From the IMG/VR virus record IMGVR_UViG_3300025292_000001: a stretch of 41,712 nucleotides of DNA; one strand, given 5' to 3'. Source of the stretch: a virus. The notes beneath the pieces were generated by a model. That model ran no database searches, was not told the DNA's origin, and saw nothing but the letters and a program-made list of their open reading frames with translations. Shown here piece after piece: positions 27,949 to 37,111 of this stretch. The translations under genes and the position numbers were made by a program. Within the stretch, counting starts at the first letter, position 1. Every line of letters begins with the position of its first letter.

Positions 27949-29918
27949 TTAGCGATGGCGTTTGAAGTGCCGCCAGTGATAAGCGCCCTGATTAGCTGCT
28001 GCTGGATGCGAGACAGGTTTTCGCCCCGCTGAACAGCTTGCAGAAGCTGAGCATTGGCGCGCGTCGGTGCAGTTTCCATCAATGCCTGAGCGATAAGGTC
28101 GCGAGTCTGGGTATTCCTGCCAGAAAGGGCGTTTGCACTTCTCGTGAGAGCCTGTAGAGCCGCAGACTTGATGTTTCCGCTCGCCAGGGCGCCGATCATC
28201 GTCGGATCGAAGCCGCCAACGTCAGCGATGTCAGAAAGATTGTCAGCCGTACGAGAACCGCCAAGAGCAGCGTTTGCTGTCTCGAACATCGTCTGTTCGC
28301 GGGCGATACGCTCCCCGAGCTGCGGGCCCTGACCCGGAGCCGCAAAGGCGGGGAACTCCTGCGCCGTCTTGGTCGTGAGAAGCTGCCGAGCCTTATTCGT
28401 GGTAGGCGAAGTGCTGGCAGCCTCAAGCCGACCGATGATCGGATCTGCATAGCCTGTTCTGAACGCCGCCTGTTGCTCTGCATTCATCGCTTGGAATTCA
28501 GGGATGCTGTCACCGGCTCGAACGCGACTAGACGAAGCCGCGGTGCCCTGATCGATTGCGTTAATTGCCTGGCTCTGCTGCCGGAACGTGTCACGAGCGC
28601 CAGCATATAGATCAGACGCCGAGGCAAGAGCGTCGTCTAGGGCGTTTCGGATCGGGATCAGTTCGCGCTGGACGGTCGGACGAGCATTTTCAATCATGCT
28701 GTCCAGTTCAACCTTTGCACGAAAAGCCGTATCGAAGTCATTGACGATGTTCTGGCCGTCGGTAAGGAAGCTGCGAGCCCTGCGAACTGCCCCTTCCACT
28801 GTGTCATCTGCAATATTGGTGCGCGAAATGCTTCCTGCCGTGCCGAGGAAGTCATCTGCCGCCTGAATTGCTCCCGTTGGGTCAACGGTTCCGGCTGCGC
28901 GACGTGCGGCGCCATAGTTGGCGTTTGCCGCCGCTGTACGACCCGCCGTCATGGCATCTCGCGCCTGCGCCGCGGTCTGAGGAGCGTTGAAGCCTTCGGA
29001 TACTGCGTTGACGAGGCGGTCAGCTTGCCCCGCCTGCCGTGCCTGAAGCGTTTCTGCAATCGTCTGCCGCATATCTCCCGGAGACCGAGCAACACCCGTC
29101 AGCATGCGCTGACCAGCATTGCCCATGGCATCAGCAACCATATACTCTGGCTGGCCAGCTGCGGCCGCGCGAGCGAGTTCATCGCTGATATCCTGAGCCG
29201 AGCGGCCGGATCGAGCCACAGCATCGGCAATAGCCGTCTGCGCCCTGCCCTGATTGCCGAGACCCATGAGACCGCCGACAGAGTTGATGACAGAACCGCC
29301 TGCGGCGAGAAGTGGACGGGTTATAGCACCAAGGCCACCACCGATTGCAGCGCCCTTCAGTACGCCCTCGTCATAGCCATATCCCGAGACAGCACCGAAA
29401 CCAGCGCCGCCGAGGATATCCGTGAGCGTGCGCCCGGCCAGACCCTGATTAAGGCGGTTGGCAACGTTCGGCAGTGCGCGGCTCGCGAGATTGCCGGCTG
29501 CTCCCATCAACTGCCCGCCACCGATAACGCCGCCACCGATAGCAGAAGCCACAGCCGAACGCGGGTTCTCTCGTTGGTAGCGCTCCCGGGCATCCTTAAC
29601 CGAGCCAAGGATTTCGTCGTATTCCTGTCCAAAGGTCTTGTCGGTAAATGGGGCCCGGATGGCTGCATTCAGCGCAGAAGCACCCTTGCTGGCCAGACCG
29701 CCCGTTGCCGCATCCGTCCAGTTCATGCCGGCGCTATAGGGAATATCGTAGCGCGTCGTCTGCGGGTTTTGCGTCATCGACGACAGTTCGGAGCGCAGAT
29801 CCTTGGACTGCTGGGACTCAGCCCCTTCTGGCGTGTTTGCTGCCTGAGCGGCGTCCTGACGACGGCGACGGGCTCGCGCCAGAGCAAGGGCTTTCTGCTG
29901 TTCTGGCGTCATTGCCAC
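27945..29918 (-). CDS. Large internal virion/ejection protein, 657 aa
   Basis: Ala/Gly/Gln-rich. Position in a run of three large genes between the nozzle-like gene and the fibre, as in T7-like ejection proteins. Confidence 0.55.
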   Translation of the reverse strand: MAMTPEQQKALALARARRRRQDAAQAANTPEGAESQQSKDLRSELSSMTQNPQTTRYDIPYSAGMNWTDAATGGLASKGASALNAAIRAPFTDKTFGQEYDEILGSVKDARERYQRENPRSAVASAIGGGVIGGGQLMGAAGNLASRALPNVANRLNQGLAGRTLTDILGGAGFGAVSGYGYDEGVLKGAAIGGGLGAITRPLLAAGGSVINSVGGLMGLGNQGRAQTAIADAVARSGRSAQDISDELARAAAAGQPEYMVADAMGNAGQRMLTGVARSPGDMRQTIAETLQARQAGQADRLVNAVSEGFNAPQTAAQARDAMTAGRTAAANANYGAARRAAGTVDPTGAIQAADDFLGTAGSISRTNIADDTVEGAVRRARSFLTDGQNIVNDFDTAFRAKVELDSMIENARPTVQRELIPIRNALDDALASASDLYAGARDTFRQQSQAINAIDQGTAASSSRVRAGDSIPEFQAMNAEQQAAFRTGYADPIIGRLEAASTSPTTNKARQLLTTKTAQEFPAFAAPGQGPQLGERIAREQTMFETANAALGGSRTADNLSDIADVGGFDPTMIGALASGNIKSAALQALTRSANALSGRNTQTRDLIAQALMETAPTRANAQLLQAVQRGENLSRIQQQLIRALITGGTSNAIAN

Positions 29919-32083
29919 AGCTTCCTTTCTTCTGGCGTCAGAGCTTTCCAGTCTTCAGGGTCAACGCCTTCCGGCACCTTCCCAACGTCTTGCGAAGGAT
30001 CAGACTGCGCAAGCGGGTTAGGAAGCGCCCGAAGCGCACGGCGTGCCTCTTGGCGCGACATGTCTCCGGTCAAAACCTGATCGGCAATCTCGCCCTGTGC
30101 CTGCTTGTATTCGGCCAGACCGCGCATGACGCGAAGGATTTTCGCGTTGCCGCCCGGTTCGTTCCAAAGGCTCGGCAGAGATCGGGTGAACAGCTCAACG
30201 TCACGGTCGGACATCGAGCCGCTACCCGGAGCGCGCTGCGTCGGGACAAGCTTGTTGATGAGCGCCTGAACAGCCTGGAGATCGCCCATGCCTTCGCCGC
30301 CGATGCCGTACTTGGCCGCAATGCCAGCGATACCCGAGAGGGTGCCGCCTTGACCTTGTAGGAGCGTGTCGAGTTCCTGAATGATCCCGATATCGGCGCG
30401 AGCGTTCAGCCCCTCCGTTGCCATCGTGTCGAAGGTTTCAGCCTGCTTTTCGGCAAGTTTCTTGTCGAATGCGCCTTCTGCCTTCTGATCGATGTTGACG
30501 GTCGTTCCGCCGCCTCCGATCTGGGCGACCTTGTTGTCGGCGCCAACCTGATAAGCCTTCGACGTGTCTAGCCCTAGTTGCTGTTCTTCAGCATCCGTCA
30601 GCGTGCGGAACTTGTCAGGCTTGCCGCCATAGACCTGCTCGATATTTCCGGTGCGCTTGTCGGCCCTGAAGATTGAGCCATCTTTGCCGGTGATCATGTC
30701 GTAGTCAGGAGGAGGATTGCGCATGGCGTTCAACTTAAGGCGCTGCTCTTCCATCTGCATTTGGCGGATCGGATCGCTAGCTTCCTGCCGGCGCTGCATT
30801 TCGGCCATCAGCAATTGCTGGCCAGCCTCAGCGGTATATGGATTGCCGAGGAGCGTTGCGATCAGAGCCCGGTTATCCTGCCCCTGTGGCTGCGGTTGTG
30901 GCTGTGTGTTCCCAAGAGCCCGAGCCTGCGCGACCTGTTCAGGAGATGCCGCCGTGCCGCCCATGAGAGCTGGAATAATGCCACCCTGAGCGTTGGCAAG
31001 CTGCTGCGATCCTGCGAACTCTGCCGGAATGCCCTGTGGCATAGGCTGAGAATTCGGCGGAACAGGGTTCGCGCCGACGTTTACCGGCTGCGGAAGTGCC
31101 GCAACAGCCATGTCATCGGCCTGTTTACCTGGGAAGGTGGGGGCAACTCTGCGGCCTGGGAAGCGTGCGGCATACTCCGGGGTTTGCTGGTAGGCCGCTA
31201 CCTCTTCGGACAATGACCCAGGCGCATTCGCTGCCATGGCGTTGACGGCGCCGGTTGCGTTTTGCGGAGGCATGCCGATCGAAGGATCAAGGCTGGCAAC
31301 CTGCTGAGACTGGCCTTGGAACGACGGGAGGAAGGCGGTTGCATACCCAAGGCGGTTTGCAGCCTCGCCACCGGGTCTGTTCCATCCGGCGAACTGCCAA
31401 GCGCGGTTCATGAGTTGCTGCGCTTCCTCGACGCTTTTCGCGTTGTTCAGCGCTTGGATTAGTTGAGGATCTTCTTTCAGGAAGAAGCGCGCTTGACCTG
31501 CCGGAGATAGATCACCGGTAGCTGCAAGAGCTTCATAGCGAGGACCGCGCCAAGACAGGATGCCGCCAGCGCGCCCAGGCTGACCGCTTTCGCTCGGATC
31601 GCTCCACGTCCGATTGACGTTGCCGGGGCTGAATCCACTCTCTGCCTTACCTGTAGCCGCGAGAGCCGCAAGCCCATACGGGTTTGTCAAGCCGCCTTCA
31701 CGTGCCGTGGTGATGAATTGGTTATAAACCTCGTTTCCGTCCATGTTGATCGGCTTCGATGGGGCTGAAACAGTTTCACCAGCACCGGGGGCGTTCGTGG
31801 TGAACGGGGTACCTCCAGACGATGATGGAGACGTGCCATAAACAGCATCAATCAAGGCGCTATTGGCTGCTGAACGGTTGATAGCGTCCTGCTTCTCAGC
31901 CTTACCAGCCTGATACTGGCCCGTAAGCGTCATTGCCAGACGGCCTGCCAATTCCAAGCCAGAGCTAGGAGCCTTGCCTCCAGAGCCTGCATCAAGGAGA
32001 GCCTGCGCCATCCTACGGCGGCGCTCGACTTCCTGCGGCGTCTGCCCTGCCTTGTCAGCGAATACGGCCTCAAGAATAGCCAT
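29909..32083 (-). CDS. Internal virion protein with phage-tail-lysozyme-type peptidoglycan hydrolase domain, 724 aa
   Basis: GLAALAATGKAESGFSPGNVNRTWSDPSESGQPGRAGGILSWRGPRYEAL resembles the tail-lysozyme motif (aESgf...GiaQW.g.R). Pro/Gln-rich middle region. Confidence 0.65.
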   Translation of the reverse strand: MAILEAVFADKAGQTPQEVERRRRMAQALLDAGSGGKAPSSGLELAGRLAMTLTGQYQAGKAEKQDAINRSAANSALIDAVYGTSPSSSGGTPFTTNAPGAGETVSAPSKPINMDGNEVYNQFITTAREGGLTNPYGLAALAATGKAESGFSPGNVNRTWSDPSESGQPGRAGGILSWRGPRYEALAATGDLSPAGQARFFLKEDPQLIQALNNAKSVEEAQQLMNRAWQFAGWNRPGGEAANRLGYATAFLPSFQGQSQQVASLDPSIGMPPQNATGAVNAMAANAPGSLSEEVAAYQQTPEYAARFPGRRVAPTFPGKQADDMAVAALPQPVNVGANPVPPNSQPMPQGIPAEFAGSQQLANAQGGIIPALMGGTAASPEQVAQARALGNTQPQPQPQGQDNRALIATLLGNPYTAEAGQQLLMAEMQRRQEASDPIRQMQMEEQRLKLNAMRNPPPDYDMITGKDGSIFRADKRTGNIEQVYGGKPDKFRTLTDAEEQQLGLDTSKAYQVGADNKVAQIGGGGTTVNIDQKAEGAFDKKLAEKQAETFDTMATEGLNARADIGIIQELDTLLQGQGGTLSGIAGIAAKYGIGGEGMGDLQAVQALINKLVPTQRAPGSGSMSDRDVELFTRSLPSLWNEPGGNAKILRVMRGLAEYKQAQGEIADQVLTGDMSRQEARRALRALPNPLAQSDPSQDVGKVPEGVDPEDWKALTPEERKLWQ

Positions 32084-33021
32084 CAGACGCCCCCGATCAT
32101 GTCGTAGTTAACCTGCATGTAGCCACCGCGCTCACGGACAGCACCCGGCATGACGCGGGCAACTTCATCCGCCATAACGCCCCGCTCACGACGACCGGAG
32201 ATGTCATATTCGTAGATCCCAATACCGAGGCGATGCGTTCCGACGCGAGCAACGTTGCTCTTCAGGCGCCGATCCGAGAACATCCAGCCGCCTAGAGCCG
32301 TGCCGAGTCCGAGAAGACCGGACATTTTCGACTGATAGCCGGCCATCTGCTGCTGGTAGGCGTTGTTCGTAATGCCGGCCACGTCCGTTCCGTTCACGCC
32401 AGGCTGAGGCGTATTGACGAACTGGGGAGATGTAACCTGACCGCCGCTCATGAGGGCGGAAATCTCGTTGATGGGCTGGTTGCGTTCTGCAAGTGCTTCC
32501 TGAACAGACTGGCCGCGACCCTTGAGCAGCAATTCGTTGTAGGCGTCGTTTTCCTGCTGCCCCACTGAGGTCATGGCTCGGTTATAGGCTTCCGTGCCGG
32601 GACGAATGCCGCGGTTGATCAGGTCCGCTTCCGTCGATGCCTTGCGCTGTGCCATGAGAGGATCGAGGCGCTTACGGCCGAGTTCCATCAGGCGGGACTC
32701 TGTGGCCTCATTGCTGAGGTTGATTGGCTGCCCCAGGACGCCGCTAAGACGATCTGTCTGACCGATGGCGAGGTCATTCAGCTTGCCGCCGAGAAGCGTG
32801 CTCTGGTTATAGAGCTTCTGTTGCTCGGGAGAGAGCGTCTGCGTAGCCTGATAGCGCGGCGTACCGTCTTCCCACTTGCCAATCTGGGTATATGTCAGGT
32901 TGCCTTGAGGCGTTACCTGGTTGGTGGCATTGAGACCGTACTGAGCAATGGCCGTCTCTTTATTGGACTGGGCCTGTGCTGCTGCGGTTTTCGCTGGATC
33001 CGGGGGCTTAGGCGCCGACAT
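32083..33021 (-). CDS. Virion protein with C-terminal S74-type intramolecular chaperone domain, 312 aa
   Basis: The C-terminus is SDRRLKSNVARVGTHRLGIGIYEYDISGRRERGVMADEVARVMPGAVRERGGYMQVNYDMIGGV. Start MSAPKPPDP with a GGAAGGAA SD. Confidence 0.6.
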   Translation of the reverse strand: MSAPKPPDPAKTAAAQAQSNKETAIAQYGLNATNQVTPQGNLTYTQIGKWEDGTPRYQATQTLSPEQQKLYNQSTLLGGKLNDLAIGQTDRLSGVLGQPINLSNEATESRLMELGRKRLDPLMAQRKASTEADLINRGIRPGTEAYNRAMTSVGQQENDAYNELLLKGRGQSVQEALAERNQPINEISALMSGGQVTSPQFVNTPQPGVNGTDVAGITNNAYQQQMAGYQSKMSGLLGLGTALGGWMFSDRRLKSNVARVGTHRLGIGIYEYDISGRRERGVMADEVARVMPGAVRERGGYMQVNYDMIGGV

Positions 33022-33439
33022 GCACGCGTTCCTTCCAATAACCGTTTTGGACGGCCTCATCCCGGAGAAGACTGAACACGATCCCGTCTTCCTTGCCGTA
33101 AAACTTACGGGCCACACCTTCGAATTTGAACTTTAGACGCGGGGCCAGCTTGCAGACCCGCTTGTTTGATCGTCTCGTGGTGACAGAAATGCGCTGGCAG
33201 CCAAGCTCACCAAACGCCATGTCCCCAATCGCCTGCCAGGCAGAGCGCGAAATGCAGCCCTTGCCGGCCAAGGTCATTTCGACGCCGTGACCGGTGTAAT
33301 TCGTGAGCAGAACGCCCCCGACGATGCGCCCTTCCCGGCTCAGAATGCCAAGAGCGCGCAAAACATCGATATACTGATCGCCAGTCTGCCCTGAGACAAA
33401 GGCGCTCACGATTTCGGGCTCATCGCGCAGAAGCATCAT
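33008..33439 (-). CDS. GNAT-family N-acetyltransferase, 143 aa
   Basis: ISVTTRRSNKRVCKLAPRLKFKFEGVARKFYGKEDGIVFSLLRDE is a RimJ/RimL-like C-terminal GNAT pattern. ATGA overlap with the upstream structural gene. Confidence 0.65.
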   Translation of the reverse strand: MMLLRDEPEIVSAFVSGQTGDQYIDVLRALGILSREGRIVGGVLLTNYTGHGVEMTLAGKGCISRSAWQAIGDMAFGELGCQRISVTTRRSNKRVCKLAPRLKFKFEGVARKFYGKEDGIVFSLLRDEAVQNGYWKERVHVGA

Positions 33440-35067
33440 AGATATTCGCCGCTCTCGACGGTCAGATTGAACCCATTCACCTGAAGCGTAATCGGATTGG
33501 TCGATTCCGGCTCGAAAACGGCCTCATCGAACAGCGCCACGTCCCAGAGGCTTGCGCTTTGCTCGCCTTGGATATCGACACGAAGATTGATCGCCGCATT
33601 CTGCCCAAGTCCGCTGACCGAAAGCCAGTCAATGAGGGTGTTTTGTTCCTGCCCCCAGGGGTCGAGGTTCCAGACCATCTGGTTCCAGAGGCTGGATGAC
33701 ACCGGAACCGTCGTGGTGAGGCTGAGAGGGGCGCCCGTCCTGAAATCAGTATCCAGGCCGATAGACGGAATAACCGCGCCATCGGTGGAAATCAGGGGCT
33801 GGATCATCGTCCAACGCTTTTTGACGCCCCTCTGCCCGTAATACTGGAAAGAGGTCTTCATCAGCGCCGTGAAGTTCGACAGATAGTCAGAGCCGGAAGC
33901 ATCGGCCTCGTAGACAACGCCGTCATTGCCACCGAAAAACAGGCGATCCTCAAACACCGCGAAGGTATTGGCGTTCTGGTTCGTGAACCGGCACCATGCC
34001 CCTGTCAGGGTGTTCATCACAAACTGTTGCTGTGTCGTGTTCTCGACGATCGGCACGTTGAGGATTGCCATCGTCCCTTTGGGGTAGCTCACCAGTTCCC
34101 AGCCGAAAGAATCCTGGGCTTGCCTTGCTGCGTCGTTCATGGCGCGCTGGATGCGGCCGGTGATCGCCACACGTTCGATTGCGCCACGGTCGAAGGAAAT
34201 GGCGTTGGAAAGCGGGTAAACCCCGTCAACCGTCACAACAGCGAGGTCTGAGCCTACTTTCCTGAAGCAGCGCCGGCCGAGGGGGGCGCCGAGGTTGAAC
34301 ACCCCGATCAGCGACCAGGTAGCCGCCGTATCCGGGTCTGTGCCGGCATAGACGATGATCTGGCCGCGAGAGGTGACAAACACCGCGTAATCATCGGGCC
34401 CGTCGCCAGCATCGCGCGACCATGTTCCCATTGCGACGAGATAGCCACCATGCGACATCAAGCCCCCAAGTTCGAACTCCGTTGCCGCGCCGCCGATCGA
34501 GTCGGGGGCGAGATACGCAGCCTTGGTACTGTCGCTGAGGACGAACCAGAGGCGGTTTTTGTGCACGTTGACGTTGACGATATCTCCAGGGGAGATGCCC
34601 GTAATAGCAGGCGTGGCCGCAAAAGCCGTGCCGTTATAGACGAACGGATCATCAGCCCCGTTGCAGCACCATGCGAAATGACCGCCTGTCGTTGTGAAAT
34701 TCACGTACTGAATGCGGCTGTTGGCAAGGCCGGTGATCACCCCATCGGGGGTCGCATCATGGGTATCGGATGCTGTGACCTCGTAAAGCTTGCCGTCTGC
34801 CGCTGCGAAAAGCTTGCTGCCAAGAACACCGTTGTAGACGATCAGGGTTTCTACTGGCTCCGTGACAGAGGTCGGCCGGTGAAGCTTGAAGCCCTTTCGG
34901 ATCTCGACATATTCGGCCTGCGGAAACCAGTTATCGAGCGTGATGGCGCGCTTCGGGGACATCTCAGCCAATGGCGAAGACGTGTCCCACCCCTCCGTGG
35001 GCGCAGGGAGAGACACCCCGCGCGACACTCTCTGTCGCTGAGGATTTCGGCGCAGCGCTTGCAGCAT
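33436..35067 (-). CDS. Virion structural protein, 543 aa (tail tubular B/nozzle-like by position)
   Basis: Size and position after the adaptor-like gene. Beta-rich composition. Confidence 0.5.
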   Translation of the reverse strand: MLQALRRNPQRQRVSRGVSLPAPTEGWDTSSPLAEMSPKRAITLDNWFPQAEYVEIRKGFKLHRPTSVTEPVETLIVYNGVLGSKLFAAADGKLYEVTASDTHDATPDGVITGLANSRIQYVNFTTTGGHFAWCCNGADDPFVYNGTAFAATPAITGISPGDIVNVNVHKNRLWFVLSDSTKAAYLAPDSIGGAATEFELGGLMSHGGYLVAMGTWSRDAGDGPDDYAVFVTSRGQIIVYAGTDPDTAATWSLIGVFNLGAPLGRRCFRKVGSDLAVVTVDGVYPLSNAISFDRGAIERVAITGRIQRAMNDAARQAQDSFGWELVSYPKGTMAILNVPIVENTTQQQFVMNTLTGAWCRFTNQNANTFAVFEDRLFFGGNDGVVYEADASGSDYLSNFTALMKTSFQYYGQRGVKKRWTMIQPLISTDGAVIPSIGLDTDFRTGAPLSLTTTVPVSSSLWNQMVWNLDPWGQEQNTLIDWLSVSGLGQNAAINLRVDIQGEQSASLWDVALFDEAVFEPESTNPITLQVNGFNLTVESGEYL

Positions 35068-35154
35068 TTAGAGGTTCCGCCTAGAATCAGCGAGCGCGGC
35101 CAGTGCGTCAACACTGAAACCGCGCTCTAACCACGAACCTTGTCGGAGGCTCAA

Positions 35155-35736
35155 ATGGCTAATCCCAAAATATGTTCTGTCGAAAACTGTGGCAAGCGCC
35201 ATTACGCGAAGCTGTTTTGCAAAGCTCATTACAATCGCATGCACGCCTACGGTGATCCTCTCGCCGGTGGGACGCCGCCCGGGGAGCCGATAAGGTTCAT
35301 TGTAGAAGTAGCTCTCAAGCATACCGGCGATGCTTGCCTGACGTGGCCGTACTCCAAGAATGAGGACGGGTATGGACGGTTCAGGATCGACGGCAAAACG
35401 GTCCTCGTCTCCCGCTACGTATGCGAACAAGTCAACGGCCCTCCGCCGACACCTAAGCATGAAGCGGCACACTCTTGCGGCAAAGGTCATGAGGGCTGCA
35501 TCGCTCCGGGTCATCTGTCGTGGAAGACGAAAAAAGAAAACATGGAAGATATGATCGCACACGGGAACAGCACCCGCGGCGAGCGAGGTTGGCACTCAAA
35601 ACTCACCGAGGAGAAAGTCCTCGAAATCCGCCGCCTTAAAGGAACTATGACGACCGTAGAAATTGGCAAACGGTTTGGCATCACAAATCAGACCGTCAGC
35701 GCAATTCATCTCCGCCAATATTGGAAGCACGTCTAA
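35155..35736 (+). CDS. HNH homing-endonuclease-like protein, paralogue 3 (193 aa), antisense within the tail module
   Basis: CSVENCGKRHY...CKAH. DACLTWPYSKNEDGYGR...HEAAHSCGKGHEGCIAPGHLSWKTKKENMEDMIAHGN. HTH-like tail. GGAGG lies 5 nt before the ATG at 35155; the track start at 35140 is a TTG. Confidence 0.8.
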   Translation: MANPKICSVENCGKRHYAKLFCKAHYNRMHAYGDPLAGGTPPGEPIRFIVEVALKHTGDACLTWPYSKNEDGYGRFRIDGKTVLVSRYVCEQVNGPPPTPKHEAAHSCGKGHEGCIAPGHLSWKTKKENMEDMIAHGNSTRGERGWHSKLTEEKVLEIRRLKGTMTTVEIGKRFGITNQTVSAIHLRQYWKHV

Positions 35737-35739
35737 AGG

Positions 35740-36444
35740 TCACAAGTTCCATGACCCATCGCTGATGCCGGGATACCGCGGGCGCCCGTAATCGACGCGC
35801 TGGGCGAAGTTCACCGTCCTCTTCGAACCATCACGCCCGAGAGCCTGTGAAACCTGAAGCTCATAGGTGCGGAATGCTTCTGCGTAGTCGAAGCCCTTGG
35901 CCTTGAGAAACCGCCAGATGACGCCGAGCGTGATAAGCTCTTCATCGAGGATCGATGTGTCTGTGTCGGCCGAGAACGCCGTAAGAGGCTGATCGTCGGT
36001 GTTCAGAACCCATTCGTTCGAGATGTATTCGAAGGCGTAGATATCGCCGGCAGCCGGAACCGGGATCATGAGGATGGAGCCGCCACGGATGCGGTAACTG
36101 TCATACAGCACCGTGGCGAGAATGGATTTCTGCTCCTGCCATTCCTTCGGGCTGAGGGGGCCGACGACCTGGCGCTTCTGCGTCCGGTTGTAGAACGTCT
36201 CATTCAGCATGTGGTCGTAGTCGGACGGGACAACGCCCGTTTGCTCTTCCTGCGCAATCGCCGTGAACGTCACCTCTTTCGTGAGTTTTTCCCACGTGCC
36301 ACGACGCATAAGCTCCTTGCCCTCTTGATTGGCGAGGGCGCGCATTTGGCGGGCGGTTTCCCCAGGATTGGAGAATACACTGGTCCCGCCAAGTGCTACG
36401 GCTATGCGATCCGTGGCGTTGGCGACGATCGTTGCGATTGTCAT
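35740..36444 (-). CDS. Virion structural protein, 234 aa (head-tail adaptor / tail tubular A-like by position)
   Basis: ATGA overlap with the upstream gene. Position only. Confidence 0.45.
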   Translation of the reverse strand: MTIATIVANATDRIAVALGGTSVFSNPGETARQMRALANQEGKELMRRGTWEKLTKEVTFTAIAQEEQTGVVPSDYDHMLNETFYNRTQKRQVVGPLSPKEWQEQKSILATVLYDSYRIRGGSILMIPVPAAGDIYAFEYISNEWVLNTDDQPLTAFSADTDTSILDEELITLGVIWRFLKAKGFDYAEAFRTYELQVSQALGRDGSKRTVNFAQRVDYGRPRYPGISDGSWNL

Positions 36445-37034
36445 TCGATGTCATCCGCTTTCGGAGGGCGACCGCGGCGCGGCGCTTCGGGCTTCTCGGT
36501 CAGCTCCTTCAGCAGCTCAAGCGCCGCATCCAGTTCTTCCCGCATGCTCTTGTTTTCCTCGCGCAACTGGGCAACCTCATTGGCGACCGGCGCGGTATTG
36601 GCGCGAGCCTCCAGGAAGGCCTTGGCGCGGCCGTGAATTTGACGAATGCCGGGAATGCCCAGCTTGATCAGGTCAGAATCCGACGTATTGATCAGGTCTT
36701 CGAGGCTGCGGACGTGCCGATCCTTCAGCACCCGCGCCTGTTCAGGAGTGAGACCCGGCCATGCATCTAGGGCGTAGCCGTTTACCGGCGCCTCGGTCTT
36801 GGCCTTCCACGCCTCATAATAGGGCTTCAGAGCGCCCCACTTCATGTCATCCCGCATGACGCGGGCAACCTTGTCGCTGGTCTCGCTGCCGTTCTGCGTG
36901 CCCTTCTTGACCCAGGTCACCCAGTCAACGCCGCGAAGCTCGTCCTGCCCTTCCACCTGTTCGTAGTCGGTCCAGAACTTCAGCGGGTAGATATGCGCGA
37001 GACGCGCGGTTTCATCGACGATTTCCATTTCCAT
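36441..37034 (-). CDS. Hypothetical virion-module protein, 197 aa
   Basis: First gene after the post-capsid terminator. C-terminal coiled coil and a basic tail (RRGRPPK). Confidence 0.55.
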   Translation of the reverse strand: MEMEIVDETARLAHIYPLKFWTDYEQVEGQDELRGVDWVTWVKKGTQNGSETSDKVARVMRDDMKWGALKPYYEAWKAKTEAPVNGYALDAWPGLTPEQARVLKDRHVRSLEDLINTSDSDLIKLGIPGIRQIHGRAKAFLEARANTAPVANEVAQLREENKSMREELDAALELLKELTEKPEAPRRGRPPKADDIE

Positions 37035-37069
37035 TCTCCGATTGTGGGCGCCCGATAGGCGTTGCCGTC

Positions 37070-37101
37070 AAAAGAAAGAGGCGCCCCGAAGAGCGCCCCT
37101 C
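37070..37101 (-). terminator. Intrinsic terminator-like hairpin after the capsid/decoration genes
   Basis: GGCGC/GCGCC core (37080-37084 and 37093-37097), extendable with G.U pairs. On the minus strand it is followed by TTTCTTTTG. Confidence 0.55.
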
Positions 37102-37111
37102 ATGTTTCCCG

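Noticed and set aside
29025-30080. 351-aa plus-strand ORF (also 29648..30361, 30761..31216 and others)
   Set aside because: These are shadow ORFs antisense to well-supported large minus-strand virion genes in GC-rich DNA. They are Arg/Ser/Ala-rich junk composition with no SD.
35068-35595. 175-aa minus-strand ORF that would fill the gap in the tail operon
   Set aside because: It is antisense to the well-supported HNH paralogue 3, which has conserved family motifs and a GGAGG SD. Its own sequence is Arg/Ala-rich with no motif.
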